This document shows, piece after piece, positions 18,365 through 28,027 of a stretch of 32,154 nt of DNA. The position numbers were made by a program, and so were the translations under genes. The stretch lies in the sequence record SRR22947725_591. One strand, given 5' to 3'. How positions within the stretch are numbered: position 1 is the stretch's first letter; each line of letters begins with the position of its first letter. The notes beneath the pieces are model-generated. The model saw only the letters and a program-made list of their open reading frames with translations, had not been told where the DNA came from and did not search any database.

Positions 18365-20159
18365 CTTCAGTATAGAACAAATTTAATCTCATTCTCTTAT
18401 CAAAATTTTCTGCACTTGGACTTGGACCAATAAGAACAGTCCCTAGGGGATTAATAGCAGAAGAAAGAGGTGTGAAAGTCATAAAATCAGAATCTTCAAC
18501 TTCTATATTAATTGTGTTACTAATGTCAGAAGATACTACTAGACCTAGTTTTACGTTAGTAGAATCTTTTCTAACAATATTTTTAATATGTTCGCTAATA
18601 CGAATTTTATACATTAATCCATTTTTGTCCTCATCTAGTTCAATTAAACCACCATGAATTACTTTGTTTTGATAAGATTTTTGTCCAGCTGAATTATCAA
18701 CAAAATAATCAATGACCGGAGCTTTATTAACTAAATCATAAAGATACAGTCGAGATGGCTCTACAATTCCGCCATTGGATGAAAGCATCTCTTTGTCAAT
18801 ATACATTGAAATATTTGCTTCATTAACCAACCACTCTTTTGATCTAATTTCTTCAAGGATATCAACTCCATTGTCATCTTTGAATAATTCAATTTCAGCC
18901 ATAACACCCTGACCTCCTTTTAAATAAACTCTTTCTGGATTTGTTATAGTATCTGCGATGGCAGAGTAGACATAACCAGGGTAAGCATCATGTTTGAATG
19001 AATTTAATTTAACACCTCCCATTTTAAATAAAAACTGAGCTTCTTCAGTATCAACCGTGTCATCAGCAGTATCATCTGGAGTATCTTGCTTATTATATTT
19101 TTGAAATTCATAGACAACTCTTATTTCAGATTCGTTAAAATTTAAAATCATAAGTAGTGGATCAGAAAAATCATAAGTTTCTAACACTATACCTTTAAAG
19201 TAGAGCTTAAAATTATCTAAGTTTGAAATTTCTTGGGAACCTTCTTGATCTAAAAATTTTGATTGAAAAAAATCATGATCTAATTCAACTCTAATTCTTG
19301 GTGTTAACCTTTCTTTTACAACTTCTGACTCGTCATCCTCTTCTGTTTCAGGATCATCTTCATTGTAAAACACTAATTCATTAGAGTCTATTTTTACTTC
19401 ATCATCAAATAATGTGTAACCTGAAAAATTTTCAGGAAGTGTATTATTTGAGTAGTATTTTTGAAATTTTTCAAAGTTTGAATCAGGATCGTAAGGCCTT
19501 AAGAAATAATCTAACTCGCTAACTTTTAATTTAAAAGTAGCTTCAGTATTTCCTATCAAAGAATCTAGTTCATAAAGAGTTCTTCCTGCATAAGGATTTA
19601 TAGATTCAGTATCTTCTCCATCTAAAATTCCATCGCCATCTGTATCTTCATCTAAAGGGTTTTGACCTAAATTAGATTCGTCAGCATCTGAAACGCCATC
19701 ACCATCAGAGTCACTGTAAGGGTCTGTACTGTCTACATCATAGATATTTATAACACCATCGTTATCATCATCATCAACATTAGTAAAAAAAGGAATGTCT
19801 AAAAAAACATTTTTAATTGTTTCTAATTCTGGAATACGAGAAATATTATCATCTGGATTATCTTCATCGGATTGTTTATAATCTCCAAAGACTAAGTTAG
19901 GATCCTCAAAATTAATTTGACCTAAAAAACTTACTTTGGATGATCCGTAAAGGTTGTCATTATATTCTCCTATTTGAAATGTTGATAACGTGTTGGAAAC
20001 ATAAGGCGGAATACTTCGCATTTTTACATTAACTGGGATTTCTTTAAGGTTCGTGCTAAATGCATTATTGTCGATTAGATTAAGACCTACAGTTTTGTAA
20101 TCTTTATTACAAGAAACAAAAGCTATTAATAGTGTTAGTATGATGTAAAACTTTTTCAA
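18354..20159 (-). CDS. DUF4270 family outer-membrane lipoprotein with Asp-rich Ca-binding insert
   Basis: Lipoprotein signal MKKFYIILTLLIAFVS-C; LDIPFF, FKLYFKGI, VYLKGGQG, WLVNEANI, YKIRISEHI, NPLGTVL; lies downstream of the short glgA-like gene divergent from panC. Confidence 0.8.
   Translation of the reverse strand: MKKFYIILTLLIAFVSCNKDYKTVGLNLIDNNAFSTNLKEIPVNVKMRSIPPYVSNTLSTFQIGEYNDNLYGSSKVSFLGQINFEDPNLVFGDYKQSDEDNPDDNISRIPELETIKNVFLDIPFFTNVDDDDNDGVINIYDVDSTDPYSDSDGDGVSDADESNLGQNPLDEDTDGDGILDGEDTESINPYAGRTLYELDSLIGNTEATFKLKVSELDYFLRPYDPDSNFEKFQKYYSNNTLPENFSGYTLFDDEVKIDSNELVFYNEDDPETEEDDESEVVKERLTPRIRVELDHDFFQSKFLDQEGSQEISNLDNFKLYFKGIVLETYDFSDPLLMILNFNESEIRVVYEFQKYNKQDTPDDTADDTVDTEEAQFLFKMGGVKLNSFKHDAYPGYVYSAIADTITNPERVYLKGGQGVMAEIELFKDDNGVDILEEIRSKEWLVNEANISMYIDKEMLSSNGGIVEPSRLYLYDLVNKAPVIDYFVDNSAGQKSYQNKVIHGGLIELDEDKNGLMYKIRISEHIKNIVRKDSTNVKLGLVVSSDISNTINIEVEDSDFMTFTPLSSAINPLGTVLIGPSPSAENFDKRMRLNLFYTEVNN
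19611..19775 (-). repeat. Three thrombospondin type-3-like DxDxDG repeats inside the DUF4270 protein
   Basis: DDDNDGVINIYD, DSDGDGVSDADE, DTDGDGILDGED. Confidence 0.8.
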
Positions 20160-20164
20160 AATAA

Positions 20165-20974
20165 TTAGTTTAAAATCTTGTCGTTATAAAAGTTCATGTA
20201 CTCTTTTTCAAATCCGTCTTTAAAACCACATTTAAGTACAGGTATTTTGGAATTGGCAGCAACATCTAAATAGGATTTTTTAATGTTTTCAGAAGCAAAG
20301 ACAACTCCATCTGAATTCATTATGGATAACTTATATAAATTTTCATAGGTTGGATTCTTTAAAACATTTAAAGTTTCACTTTCAACCTCGTCAAACTTTA
20401 TTTTATTAATGATACCTGAGCTTAAGTTACCTATAATCTCATTATCGTATATCGAAGTTACGACCTTAGATTTTGAAAAAAGAGGCTCGTCTTTATAATA
20501 TTGTTTCAGGTATAAAGGCATTAATGAAGCGATCCATCCGTGAACATGAATTATGTCTGGAGTCCAATTTAGTTTTTTAATAGTTTCAACCACTCCTTTA
20601 GCAAAGAAAATCGCTCTTTCGTCATTATCATCATACAACTTTTTCTTTTTGTCAGAGTCAAGTAATCTATTCTTAAAGTATTCATCGTTATCAATAAAAT
20701 ACACCTGCATTCTTTCCTTTGGAATAGATGCAACTTTAATTATTAACGGCATATCTAAATCATCAATAATAAGGTTCATTCCAGAAAGCCTAATTACTTC
20801 GTGAAGTTGATGCCTTCTTTCATTAATTAAGCCATACTTTGGAATAAAAATTCTAGTTTGGCCACCATTTTTATTTACTACTTTAGGTAAACTGTATGTT
20901 AATGTTGATATATCGTTGTTAGGTAAATACGGTATAACTTCGGAGGATACGTAAAGTACTTTTTTTCCAGTCAT
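20165..20974 (-). CDS. Glycogen/starch synthase N-terminal (GT5) domain-only protein
   Basis: KVLYVSSEVIPY, RIFIPKYG, VYFIDNDEYF, DNDERAIFF, PDIIHVHGW; only 269 aa, no second Rossmann domain. Confidence 0.85.
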   Translation of the reverse strand: MTGKKVLYVSSEVIPYLPNNDISTLTYSLPKVVNKNGGQTRIFIPKYGLINERRHQLHEVIRLSGMNLIIDDLDMPLIIKVASIPKERMQVYFIDNDEYFKNRLLDSDKKKKLYDDNDERAIFFAKGVVETIKKLNWTPDIIHVHGWIASLMPLYLKQYYKDEPLFSKSKVVTSIYDNEIIGNLSSGIINKIKFDEVESETLNVLKNPTYENLYKLSIMNSDGVVFASENIKKSYLDVAANSKIPVLKCGFKDGFEKEYMNFYNDKILN

Positions 20975-21009
20975 AAAATCCTTTCTTTAGACTCAATTAA
21001 ATTGAAATG

Positions 21010-21017
21010 CAAAATTA
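21010..21017 (-). promoter_or_regulatory. -7 promoter element for the GT5-like/DUF4270 operon
   Basis: Minus strand TAATTTTG matches TAnnTTTG, 35 nt upstream of the ATG at 20974. Confidence 0.6.
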
Positions 21018-21078
21018 CAAAAATTATGTTAGATTTACCTCATATTTATACACATACACACTGTTAAAGTTTTATTAA

Positions 21079-21927
21079 ATGCAGTTATATACTCTAAAGT
21101 CTCAAGTTGAAAAAAGTATTGATAAAGCAAAAGACTTAAAAAAAACTATTGGACTGGTGCCAACTATGGGCTCATTACATCAAGGACATCTCTCTTTATT
21201 AAAAAAAGCAGTCCAGAGCTGTGAAGTGGTTTGGGTAACTATTTTTGTCAACCCAACTCAATTTAATAACAAACAAGATCTTAATAATTACCCAAAAAAC
21301 ATAAAAAAAGATCTAAAAATGATTTACGAAATTTCAAAGAATATTTTTGTTTTTAACCCGGAAATTTCTGAGATGTATGAAAATAAATTAAAAATAGAGA
21401 ATTTTGATTTTCAAGACCTAGATAAAGAACTTGAGGGTAAATATAGAAATAACCACTTTAGCGGAGTAGGTACTATAGTCTCTAAATTGTTTAATTTATT
21501 TAAACCAACAAAAGCTTTTTTTGGAGAAAAAGATTTTCAACAAACTAGAATTATAGATAGATTAATAAAAATTAAAAACTTTCAGACCGAGCTTGTAATC
21601 TGTCCAACTGTAAGAGAACAAAACGGATTAGCTTTGAGCTCAAGGAACGCTTTGCTTTCAACTGAAAATAAAGAAAAAGCTGCTGTTATTTATAAAACTT
21701 TAATTTACTGTAAAGAAAATTTTGAAAAAAAATCATTTAAAAATATTTATAACGATTGTAAAAAAGAAATTAATTCTTTAAATGATTTTGAATTAGAATA
21801 TTTAGAAATTACAGATAATAAAACTCTTAAAAAAACAAAAAAAAATGATGTAAAGAAGTCTTTTAGAGTTTTTATTTGTGTCTTAGTTAATGGAGTAAGG
21901 TTGATTGATAATATTTTAGTTAAATAG
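21079..21927 (+). CDS. panC: Pantoate--beta-alanine ligase
   Basis: [47 protein letters not shown]. Confidence 0.97.
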   Translation: MQLYTLKSQVEKSIDKAKDLKKTIGLVPTMGSLHQGHLSLLKKAVQSCEVVWVTIFVNPTQFNNKQDLNNYPKNIKKDLKMIYEISKNIFVFNPEISEMYENKLKIENFDFQDLDKELEGKYRNNHFSGVGTIVSKLFNLFKPTKAFFGEKDFQQTRIIDRLIKIKNFQTELVICPTVREQNGLALSSRNALLSTENKEKAAVIYKTLIYCKENFEKKSFKNIYNDCKKEINSLNDFELEYLEITDNKTLKKTKKNDVKKSFRVFICVLVNGVRLIDNILVK

Positions 21928-21936
21928 TTATATTTG
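21905..21936 (+). promoter_or_regulatory. Internal promoter for panD (TTG-N21-TATATTTG)
   Basis: TTG 21905-21907, TATATTTG 21929-21936, then CCGC and the ATG at 21941. Confidence 0.6.
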
Positions 21937-21940
21937 CCGC

Positions 21941-22288
21941 ATGGAAATTGAAGTATTAAAGTCTAAAATTCACAGAGTCACAGTTACTAATTGTGATTTA
22001 AATTATATTGGTAGTATTACAATTGATGAATCTCTTTTAGAAGCAGCTAATATGATAGCTGGAGAAAAAGTTCAGGTAGTGAACATTAATAATGGTGAAA
22101 GATTAGAGACCTATATTATTAATGGCAAAAAAGGTACTGGAGAAATTACTTTAAATGGTCCTGCAGCAAGAAAAGTTCAGAAAGGAGACAAAATAATTAT
22201 TATCAGTTATGCTAGAATGAATTTAGAAGAAGCTAAGACATTTAATCCTACCTTAATATTCCCAAATAAGGATAATATTTTAATTTGA
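21941..22288 (+). CDS. panD: Aspartate 1-decarboxylase
   Basis: [19 protein letters not shown] self-cleavage site, [15 protein letters not shown]. Confidence 0.98.
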   Translation: MEIEVLKSKIHRVTVTNCDLNYIGSITIDESLLEAANMIAGEKVQVVNINNGERLETYIINGKKGTGEITLNGPAARKVQKGDKIIIISYARMNLEEAKTFNPTLIFPNKDNILI

Positions 22289-23232
22289 TAATGTCATTAC
22301 TGTTTTTTAAATGGTTTAAAAAAATCTTTCCTCCTACTTTAGGAATTTTATTAATTTACTACTCCTATACAAATACAACTTCCTTTGAAAGGATAGAGAT
22401 TTATTCGTCTATGAGATCTGCAGATTACAAATTTGTTTTATTGTCAATTTGTCTTGGTATACTAAGTCATTTATCAAGGTCTATTAGATGGCAATCAATG
22501 TTAAAACCTTTAGGTTATAAAATCAAAATTTTAAATTCAATCATGTCGGTTTTAGTCGCATTTCTATCAAATTTAGGGATACCAAGATCAGGTGAACTCT
22601 TAAGAGCAAGTTCATTATCTTACTATGAGAAAATACCTTTTGAAAAAAGTTTTGGAACTATTGTCACTGAGAGAATTATAGATGTGATCATTTTAATTGG
22701 ATTGCTATTGTTTGGAGTTATGATTTCTTCCAAAATAGGAATTCCAAAACTCTCAATTAGCAATGAACTACTTATATCCATAATTCCCTTAATAACTTTA
22801 GTATATATTTTTTATTACGTAATTTCAAAAACAACTTTTAAAAATAAAATTGAAATTTTCATTGGTGGATTAAAAAAAGGTGTTTTTTCTATTTCAAAAA
22901 TTAATAACAAACCGCTATTTGTTTTTCACTCATTATTTATTTGGACCTGCTATTTTTTAATGTTTTATGTTGTGAAATTTAGTTTGCCTGAAACTTATAA
23001 TCTGGGGTTTGAGCCTTTATTTATAGCATTCTTAGCTGGAGCAATAGCGATGGCTTTAACTAATGGTGGAATTGGCGCATACCCATTAGCTATTGCTGCT
23101 GTAATAAGTCAGTATGAAATTTCTTATGAAAGTGCTTTAGCTTTAGGCTGGATTGTTTGGACTTCCCAAACATTAATGATTATAATCTTTGGTTCTTTAT
23201 CTTTTGTTTTTTTACCTATATTAAACAAATAA
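22285..23232 (+). CDS. Lysylphosphatidylglycerol synthase TM-domain (UPF0104/YbhN flippase-like) protein
   Basis: Highly hydrophobic; [33 protein letters not shown]; true start may be the ATG at 22291. Confidence 0.85.
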   Translation: MIMSLLFFKWFKKIFPPTLGILLIYYSYTNTTSFERIEIYSSMRSADYKFVLLSICLGILSHLSRSIRWQSMLKPLGYKIKILNSIMSVLVAFLSNLGIPRSGELLRASSLSYYEKIPFEKSFGTIVTERIIDVIILIGLLLFGVMISSKIGIPKLSISNELLISIIPLITLVYIFYYVISKTTFKNKIEIFIGGLKKGVFSISKINNKPLFVFHSLFIWTCYFLMFYVVKFSLPETYNLGFEPLFIAFLAGAIAMALTNGGIGAYPLAIAAVISQYEISYESALALGWIVWTSQTLMIIIFGSLSFVFLPILNK

Positions 23233-23243
23233 TTTAATAATTA

Positions 23244-24608
23244 ATGGCTGTATTAAAAACTTCATATTGTTGTCAAAACTGCGGCGCTAAACATTCTAAA
23301 TGGCTTGGTCAGTGCAGTTCATGTAAAGAATGGAATACATTAGTTGAAGAAGTTATCAAAAAATCTTCTAAGGTTGATTTAGGCTTAAGCAGTGATCAAT
23401 TAAAATCTAAAGCCCAACTAGTTAATGATATCGATTTTGAAAAAGATCCAAGATTGTTAATTCAAGATAGAGAACTTAATAGAGTTTTAGGGGGAGGAAT
23501 TGTTCCTGGATCACTTGTTCTTATTGGAGGTGAACCCGGGATAGGTAAATCAACATTATTGCTTCAAATTTCTCTAGAAATAAAAAATAAAGTTTTATAT
23601 GTAACAGGGGAAGAAAGTCAACAACAAATTAGAAGAAGAGCTAATAGAATTAATAATGATTCTAATCAATGTTATATTTTAAACGAAACGAATGTTGAAA
23701 CTATAATTTCTCATATTAATACGCTAAAACCTGAGCTTGTAATTATTGATTCCATTCAAACTCTACAAACTGATATTATAGATAGTAGTCCTGGAAGTGT
23801 GTCTCAAATTAAAGAATCGGCTTCTCAATTTTTGAATTATTCAAAAAAAACAAACCTTCCAGTTTTTCTTGTTGGACACATAACAAAAGATGGTGGAATT
23901 GCAGGTCCCAAAATTTTGGAACATATGGTTGATGTAGTTTTACAATTTGAAGGCGATCGAAATAATATTTATAGAATTTTAAGAGCTAAAAAAAATCGAT
24001 TTGGATCAACAGCTGAAATAGGTATTTATGAAATGTTGAATAATGGACTTCGTCAGGTAACAAATCCAAGTGAATTATTGATTTCTAATAATAAAATACC
24101 TTTAAGTGGAAATGCTACGGCTTCTACCATAGAGGGGATTAGACCAATTATGATAGAAGTTCAAGCTTTAGTAAGTTCTGCGGTATATGGAACCCCACAA
24201 AGAAGCACAACAGGTTTTAACGCGAAAAGATTAAATATGTTATTAGCTGTTTTAGAAAAACGTGCTGGATTTAAACTGAGTTCAAAAGATGTTTTTTTAA
24301 ATATCACTGGAGGTATTAAAATTGAAGACCCAGCAATGGATTTAGCAGTTCTAGCAGCTATTCTATCTAGTAATTTTAATATCCCTTTGCAAAAAAGAAT
24401 TTGTTTTGCCGCTGAAATTGGGCTTTCTGGAGAACTTAGATCGGTGCCAAAAATAGATCAAAGAATAAACGAGGCAGAAAAACTTGGATTCAAAATTTTA
24501 ATAGTTTCAGAAGCTGCAAAAATATCTTTTGTTCCTAAAAAATTAAAAATAATTTCTTATTCAAGAATTGAAGATTTAATCAAAAATCTATTTAAGGAGC
24601 AGGGTTAG
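23244..24608 (+). CDS. radA: DNA repair protein RadA/Sms
   Basis: Zn finger CQNC...CSSC, Walker A GEPGIGKS, IIDSIQT, KNRFG, Lon-like C-terminus. Confidence 0.98.
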   Translation: MAVLKTSYCCQNCGAKHSKWLGQCSSCKEWNTLVEEVIKKSSKVDLGLSSDQLKSKAQLVNDIDFEKDPRLLIQDRELNRVLGGGIVPGSLVLIGGEPGIGKSTLLLQISLEIKNKVLYVTGEESQQQIRRRANRINNDSNQCYILNETNVETIISHINTLKPELVIIDSIQTLQTDIIDSSPGSVSQIKESASQFLNYSKKTNLPVFLVGHITKDGGIAGPKILEHMVDVVLQFEGDRNNIYRILRAKKNRFGSTAEIGIYEMLNNGLRQVTNPSELLISNNKIPLSGNATASTIEGIRPIMIEVQALVSSAVYGTPQRSTTGFNAKRLNMLLAVLEKRAGFKLSSKDVFLNITGGIKIEDPAMDLAVLAAILSSNFNIPLQKRICFAAEIGLSGELRSVPKIDQRINEAEKLGFKILIVSEAAKISFVPKKLKIISYSRIEDLIKNLFKEQG

Positions 24609-25626
24609 GAATAAGTTTATGAACTTCATTTATTTCTTTTAAAGCATCTTCACTTAAATCAATATTTATGCTTTCAATATTTTCTTTCAATTGACTTAGT
24701 TTAGTCGCTCCTATTATGTTACTTGTTACAAATGGTCTAGAATTTACAAATGATAAGGCCATTTGAGTTAATGATAAATTGTATTTTTTTGAAATATTAT
24801 AATACATACTGGTAGCTTTCATAGAATTTTCGCCTGAAAATCTACTTAAATTTGGGAATAATTTTAATCTACTGTCTTTAGGCATATTTCCATTTAAATA
24901 TTTACCGCTTAATACTCCAAAACCAAGAGGAGAATAAGCCAGTAAGCCAACATCTTCTCTCATGCAAATTTCTGAATTTCCAATCTCAAAAAGTCTATTT
25001 AAAAGCGAATAAGGATTTTGAATAGTAATTGTTTTAGGCAATTTTTTCTTAGACAATTCTAAATATTTCATAAAAGCCCATGGATTTTCATTTGATATTC
25101 CAATTTGCCTTACTTTTCCACTTGAAATAATCGTTTTTAAATTAAAAAGTACATTTTCAAAATTTTCTTCCCATTTATCATTTACTGACGAGTCAAAATC
25201 TCTTTTCCCAAATGTATTAGTAATTCTTTCCGGCCAATGAAGTTGATATAAATCTATGTAATCTGTTTTAAGACGTTTTAAGCTTTCATCAACAGCTGAA
25301 AACAAAGCAGATTTTGAAAATCCAGTCGTTCTTATATGTTTAGTATAATCGCCGGGACCTGCGATTTTAGTTGCCAATACAATTTGATCTCTATTGTTTC
25401 TTTCACTCACCCATTTACCAATTATTTTTTCGGTATCTGCATATCGTTCTGCAGTTGCAGGGACTGGGTATAACTCAGCGGTATCAATAAAATTAATCCC
25501 CATATCAGTTGCTAAATCCATTTGATCAAACCCCTCTTTTTCTGAGTTTTGATTTCCAAATGTCATAGTGCCAAGACATATTTTACTAACCTTAATGTTT
25601 GTAGAGGGTAAAAAAGTATATTTCAT
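24592..25626 (-). CDS. Aldo/keto reductase, Tas-like
   Basis: ICLGTMTFG, GINFIDTAELYP, LATK, DLYQLHWP, IQNPYSLLNR, LLAYSPLGFG. Confidence 0.92.
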   Translation of the reverse strand: MKYTFLPSTNIKVSKICLGTMTFGNQNSEKEGFDQMDLATDMGINFIDTAELYPVPATAERYADTEKIIGKWVSERNNRDQIVLATKIAGPGDYTKHIRTTGFSKSALFSAVDESLKRLKTDYIDLYQLHWPERITNTFGKRDFDSSVNDKWEENFENVLFNLKTIISSGKVRQIGISNENPWAFMKYLELSKKKLPKTITIQNPYSLLNRLFEIGNSEICMREDVGLLAYSPLGFGVLSGKYLNGNMPKDSRLKLFPNLSRFSGENSMKATSMYYNISKKYNLSLTQMALSFVNSRPFVTSNIIGATKLSQLKENIESINIDLSEDALKEINEVHKLIPNPAP

Positions 25627-25630
25627 TTAT

Positions 25631-26395
25631 TTATAAATTTAATTCAACAACTATTGGACAATGATCAGAATGAACAATTTTGTCTAAAATTGTCGAGGAT
25701 TTAATTTTGGCACTTATTGCATTTGAAACCAAATTATAATCAATTCTCCATCCTTTATTATTTAGTCTAGAGTTGGCTCTATAACTCCACCAGCTATACT
25801 TATCAGGGTCTTTATTAAGTTTTCTAAATGAGTCTGTAAAACCTAAATCTAAAAAATCTGACAACCATTCTCTTTCCCAAGGAAGAAAACCTGATACTTT
25901 AGAATTTCTAATAGGGTCATGTATGTCAATTGCTTCATGACAAATATTATAATCTCCACATATTACTAAGTTTGGAATGTCTTCTTTTAATTTTACAATA
26001 TAAGCCATGAATTCTTTCATATATTGTAATTTATATTCAAGTCTTGCTATATTAGTTCCAGAGGGAAGATAAAGACTCATTACAGAAAATTTTTCAAAAT
26101 CAATTCTTAGATTTCTGCCTTCAAAATCCATGTGTTCAATTCCTGTTCCGTATTCAATATGTGCAGGCTTGTGTTTTGACAAAATCGCTACTCCACTATA
26201 TCCTTTTTTTTGTGCAGAAAACCAGTAATTATAATTGTATCCTATTTCTTTAAAAAGACTTAAATCTAATTGATCAGTATTAGCTTTAATTTCTTGAAGA
26301 CAAATTACATCTGTATTTGAGTTTTTAAGCCATTCTATAAATCCTTTTTTAATAGCAGCTCTAATTCCATTAACATTATAAGAAATAATTTTCAT
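25631..26395 (-). CDS. xth: Exodeoxyribonuclease III / AP endonuclease
   Basis: ISYNVNGIRA, CLQEIK, GYSGVA, CGDYNICH, YSWWSYR, GWRIDY, SDHCP. Confidence 0.96.
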   Translation of the reverse strand: MKIISYNVNGIRAAIKKGFIEWLKNSNTDVICLQEIKANTDQLDLSLFKEIGYNYNYWFSAQKKGYSGVAILSKHKPAHIEYGTGIEHMDFEGRNLRIDFEKFSVMSLYLPSGTNIARLEYKLQYMKEFMAYIVKLKEDIPNLVICGDYNICHEAIDIHDPIRNSKVSGFLPWEREWLSDFLDLGFTDSFRKLNKDPDKYSWWSYRANSRLNNKGWRIDYNLVSNAISAKIKSSTILDKIVHSDHCPIVVELNL

Positions 26396-26396
26396 T

Positions 26397-27932
26397 TTAA
26401 AATGTTAACCATGATTTCAAGTCTAATTCTGTTTTTATTTTATTTTTTACCTCTTGGACTGTTAATCTCTGTTGCTTCATTGTATCTCTATCTCTAATAG
26501 TTATTGTTCTATCTTCAAGAGATTGATGGTCCACAGTCAAACAATAAGGGGTTCCTAAAGCATCTTGCCTTCTATATCTTCTTCCTATGGCATCTTTCTC
26601 ATCATAAACGCAATTATAGTCCCACTTAAATTCTTCTAATATTTGTTTTGATAATTCCGGAAGACCATCTTTCTTTAATAAAGGGAGAACCGCAACTTTT
26701 TTAGGAGCTAGAATTTTAGGAAATTTTAAAACAGTCCTTGAGGAGTCGTCTTCAAGTTTTTCTTCAATTAGAGATTTTGAAAAAATAGCTAAAAACATTC
26801 TATCTAAACCTATTGATGTTTCAAGAACATAAGGCGTAAAGCTTTCGTTGGAAAGAGTATCAAAATATTTTATTTTTTTTGAGGAAAATTTTTCATGACT
26901 AGTAAGGTCAAAATCAGTTCTAGAATGAATTCCCTCCAGTTCTTTAAAACCAAATGGAAAATTAAACTCAATATCACAAGCTGCATCGGCATAATGAGCG
27001 AGTTTATCATGATCATGAAATCTGTAATTATCTTCTCCTAATCCCAGTGAAAGATGCCATGCTAATCTGTTTTCTTTCCATTTAGCATACCATTCTTGTT
27101 GAGTCCCTGGTTTAATAAAAAACTGCATTTCCATTTGTTCAAACTCTCTCATTCTGAATATAAATTGTCTAGCCACAATTTCATTTCTAAATGCTTTACC
27201 TATTTGAGCTATTCCAAAGGGGATTTTTAATCTGCTAGTTTTTTGAACATTTAGAAAATTAACAAAAATACCTTGAGCAGTTTCAGGTCGTAAGTAAAGA
27301 TCCATAGCGCTTTCAGCAGATGCTCCTAATTTAGTGCCAAACATTAAGTTGAATTGTTTTACATCTGTCCAGTTTTTTGATCCTGAAACGGGGCAAGCAA
27401 TTTCTAAATCTTCTATTAATTTTTTCAAAGCTTTAAGGTCATCTTTTTCTAAAGCTTCACTAAAAACTTTATTTATATCACTGATTTTATTGTTATAATT
27501 TAAAATTCTTGAATTTGTGGAAACAAACTGTTCTTTATCAAAATTTTCACCAAATTTTTTTTTTGCTTTTGAGATTTCTTTTTGAATTTTATTATCAATT
27601 TTAGAAATATAATCTTCAATTAAAACGTCAGCTCGATATCTTTTTTTTGAATCCTTGTTGTCAATTAACGGATCATTAAAGGCATCTACATGTCCGGATG
27701 CTTTCCATATTTTAGGATGCATCAAAATAGCTGAATCAATATTTACAATGTTATCGTTTAATTGAACCATAGCCTTTAACCAATAATCCTTAATATTATT
27801 TTTAAGATCTGTCCCGTTTTGTCCATAGTCATATACGGCGCTTAGACCGTCATATATTTCGCTAGACTGAAAAACAAATCCATATTCTTTAGCGTGAGAG
27901 ATTACTTTTTTAAATTTATCTTCTTTACTCAT
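26397..27932 (-). CDS. glyS: Glycine--tRNA ligase, alpha2 homodimeric type
   Basis: YDYGQNG, WKASGHVDAF.DP, YLRPETAQGIF, QIGKAFRNEI, FRMREFEQMEMQFF, IGRRYRRQDA.GTP. Confidence 0.97.
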   Translation of the reverse strand: MSKEDKFKKVISHAKEYGFVFQSSEIYDGLSAVYDYGQNGTDLKNNIKDYWLKAMVQLNDNIVNIDSAILMHPKIWKASGHVDAFNDPLIDNKDSKKRYRADVLIEDYISKIDNKIQKEISKAKKKFGENFDKEQFVSTNSRILNYNNKISDINKVFSEALEKDDLKALKKLIEDLEIACPVSGSKNWTDVKQFNLMFGTKLGASAESAMDLYLRPETAQGIFVNFLNVQKTSRLKIPFGIAQIGKAFRNEIVARQFIFRMREFEQMEMQFFIKPGTQQEWYAKWKENRLAWHLSLGLGEDNYRFHDHDKLAHYADAACDIEFNFPFGFKELEGIHSRTDFDLTSHEKFSSKKIKYFDTLSNESFTPYVLETSIGLDRMFLAIFSKSLIEEKLEDDSSRTVLKFPKILAPKKVAVLPLLKKDGLPELSKQILEEFKWDYNCVYDEKDAIGRRYRRQDALGTPYCLTVDHQSLEDRTITIRDRDTMKQQRLTVQEVKNKIKTELDLKSWLTF

Positions 27933-27936
27933 AACA

Positions 27937-27944
27937 CAAAAATA
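27937..27944 (-). promoter_or_regulatory. -7 promoter element directly upstream of glyS
   Basis: Minus strand TATTTTTG, then TGTT, then ATG at 27932. Confidence 0.55.
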
Positions 27945-27962
27945 AGAGTTAAATTTTATATA

Positions 27963-27991
27963 AATTCTATTTATTCAATTAAAATAGAATT
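27963..27991. repeat. Perfect 10-bp inverted repeat in divergent intergenic region
   Basis: AATTCTATTT (27963-27972), 9-nt spacer, AAATAGAATT (27982-27991). Confidence 0.6.
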
Positions 27992-28027
27992 AGAGAAAAT
28001 AATTGTTATTTTGCCTATGTATTACAA

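Noticed and set aside
20165..20974. Short glgA-like gene as a decayed pseudogene
   Set aside because: No frameshift or leftover C-terminal fragment; intact ORF with promoter and tight coupling to DUF4270
26397..27932. Eukaryote/archaea-like alpha2 GlyRS as possible horizontal transfer
   Set aside because: This is the normal GlyRS type in Bacteroidota
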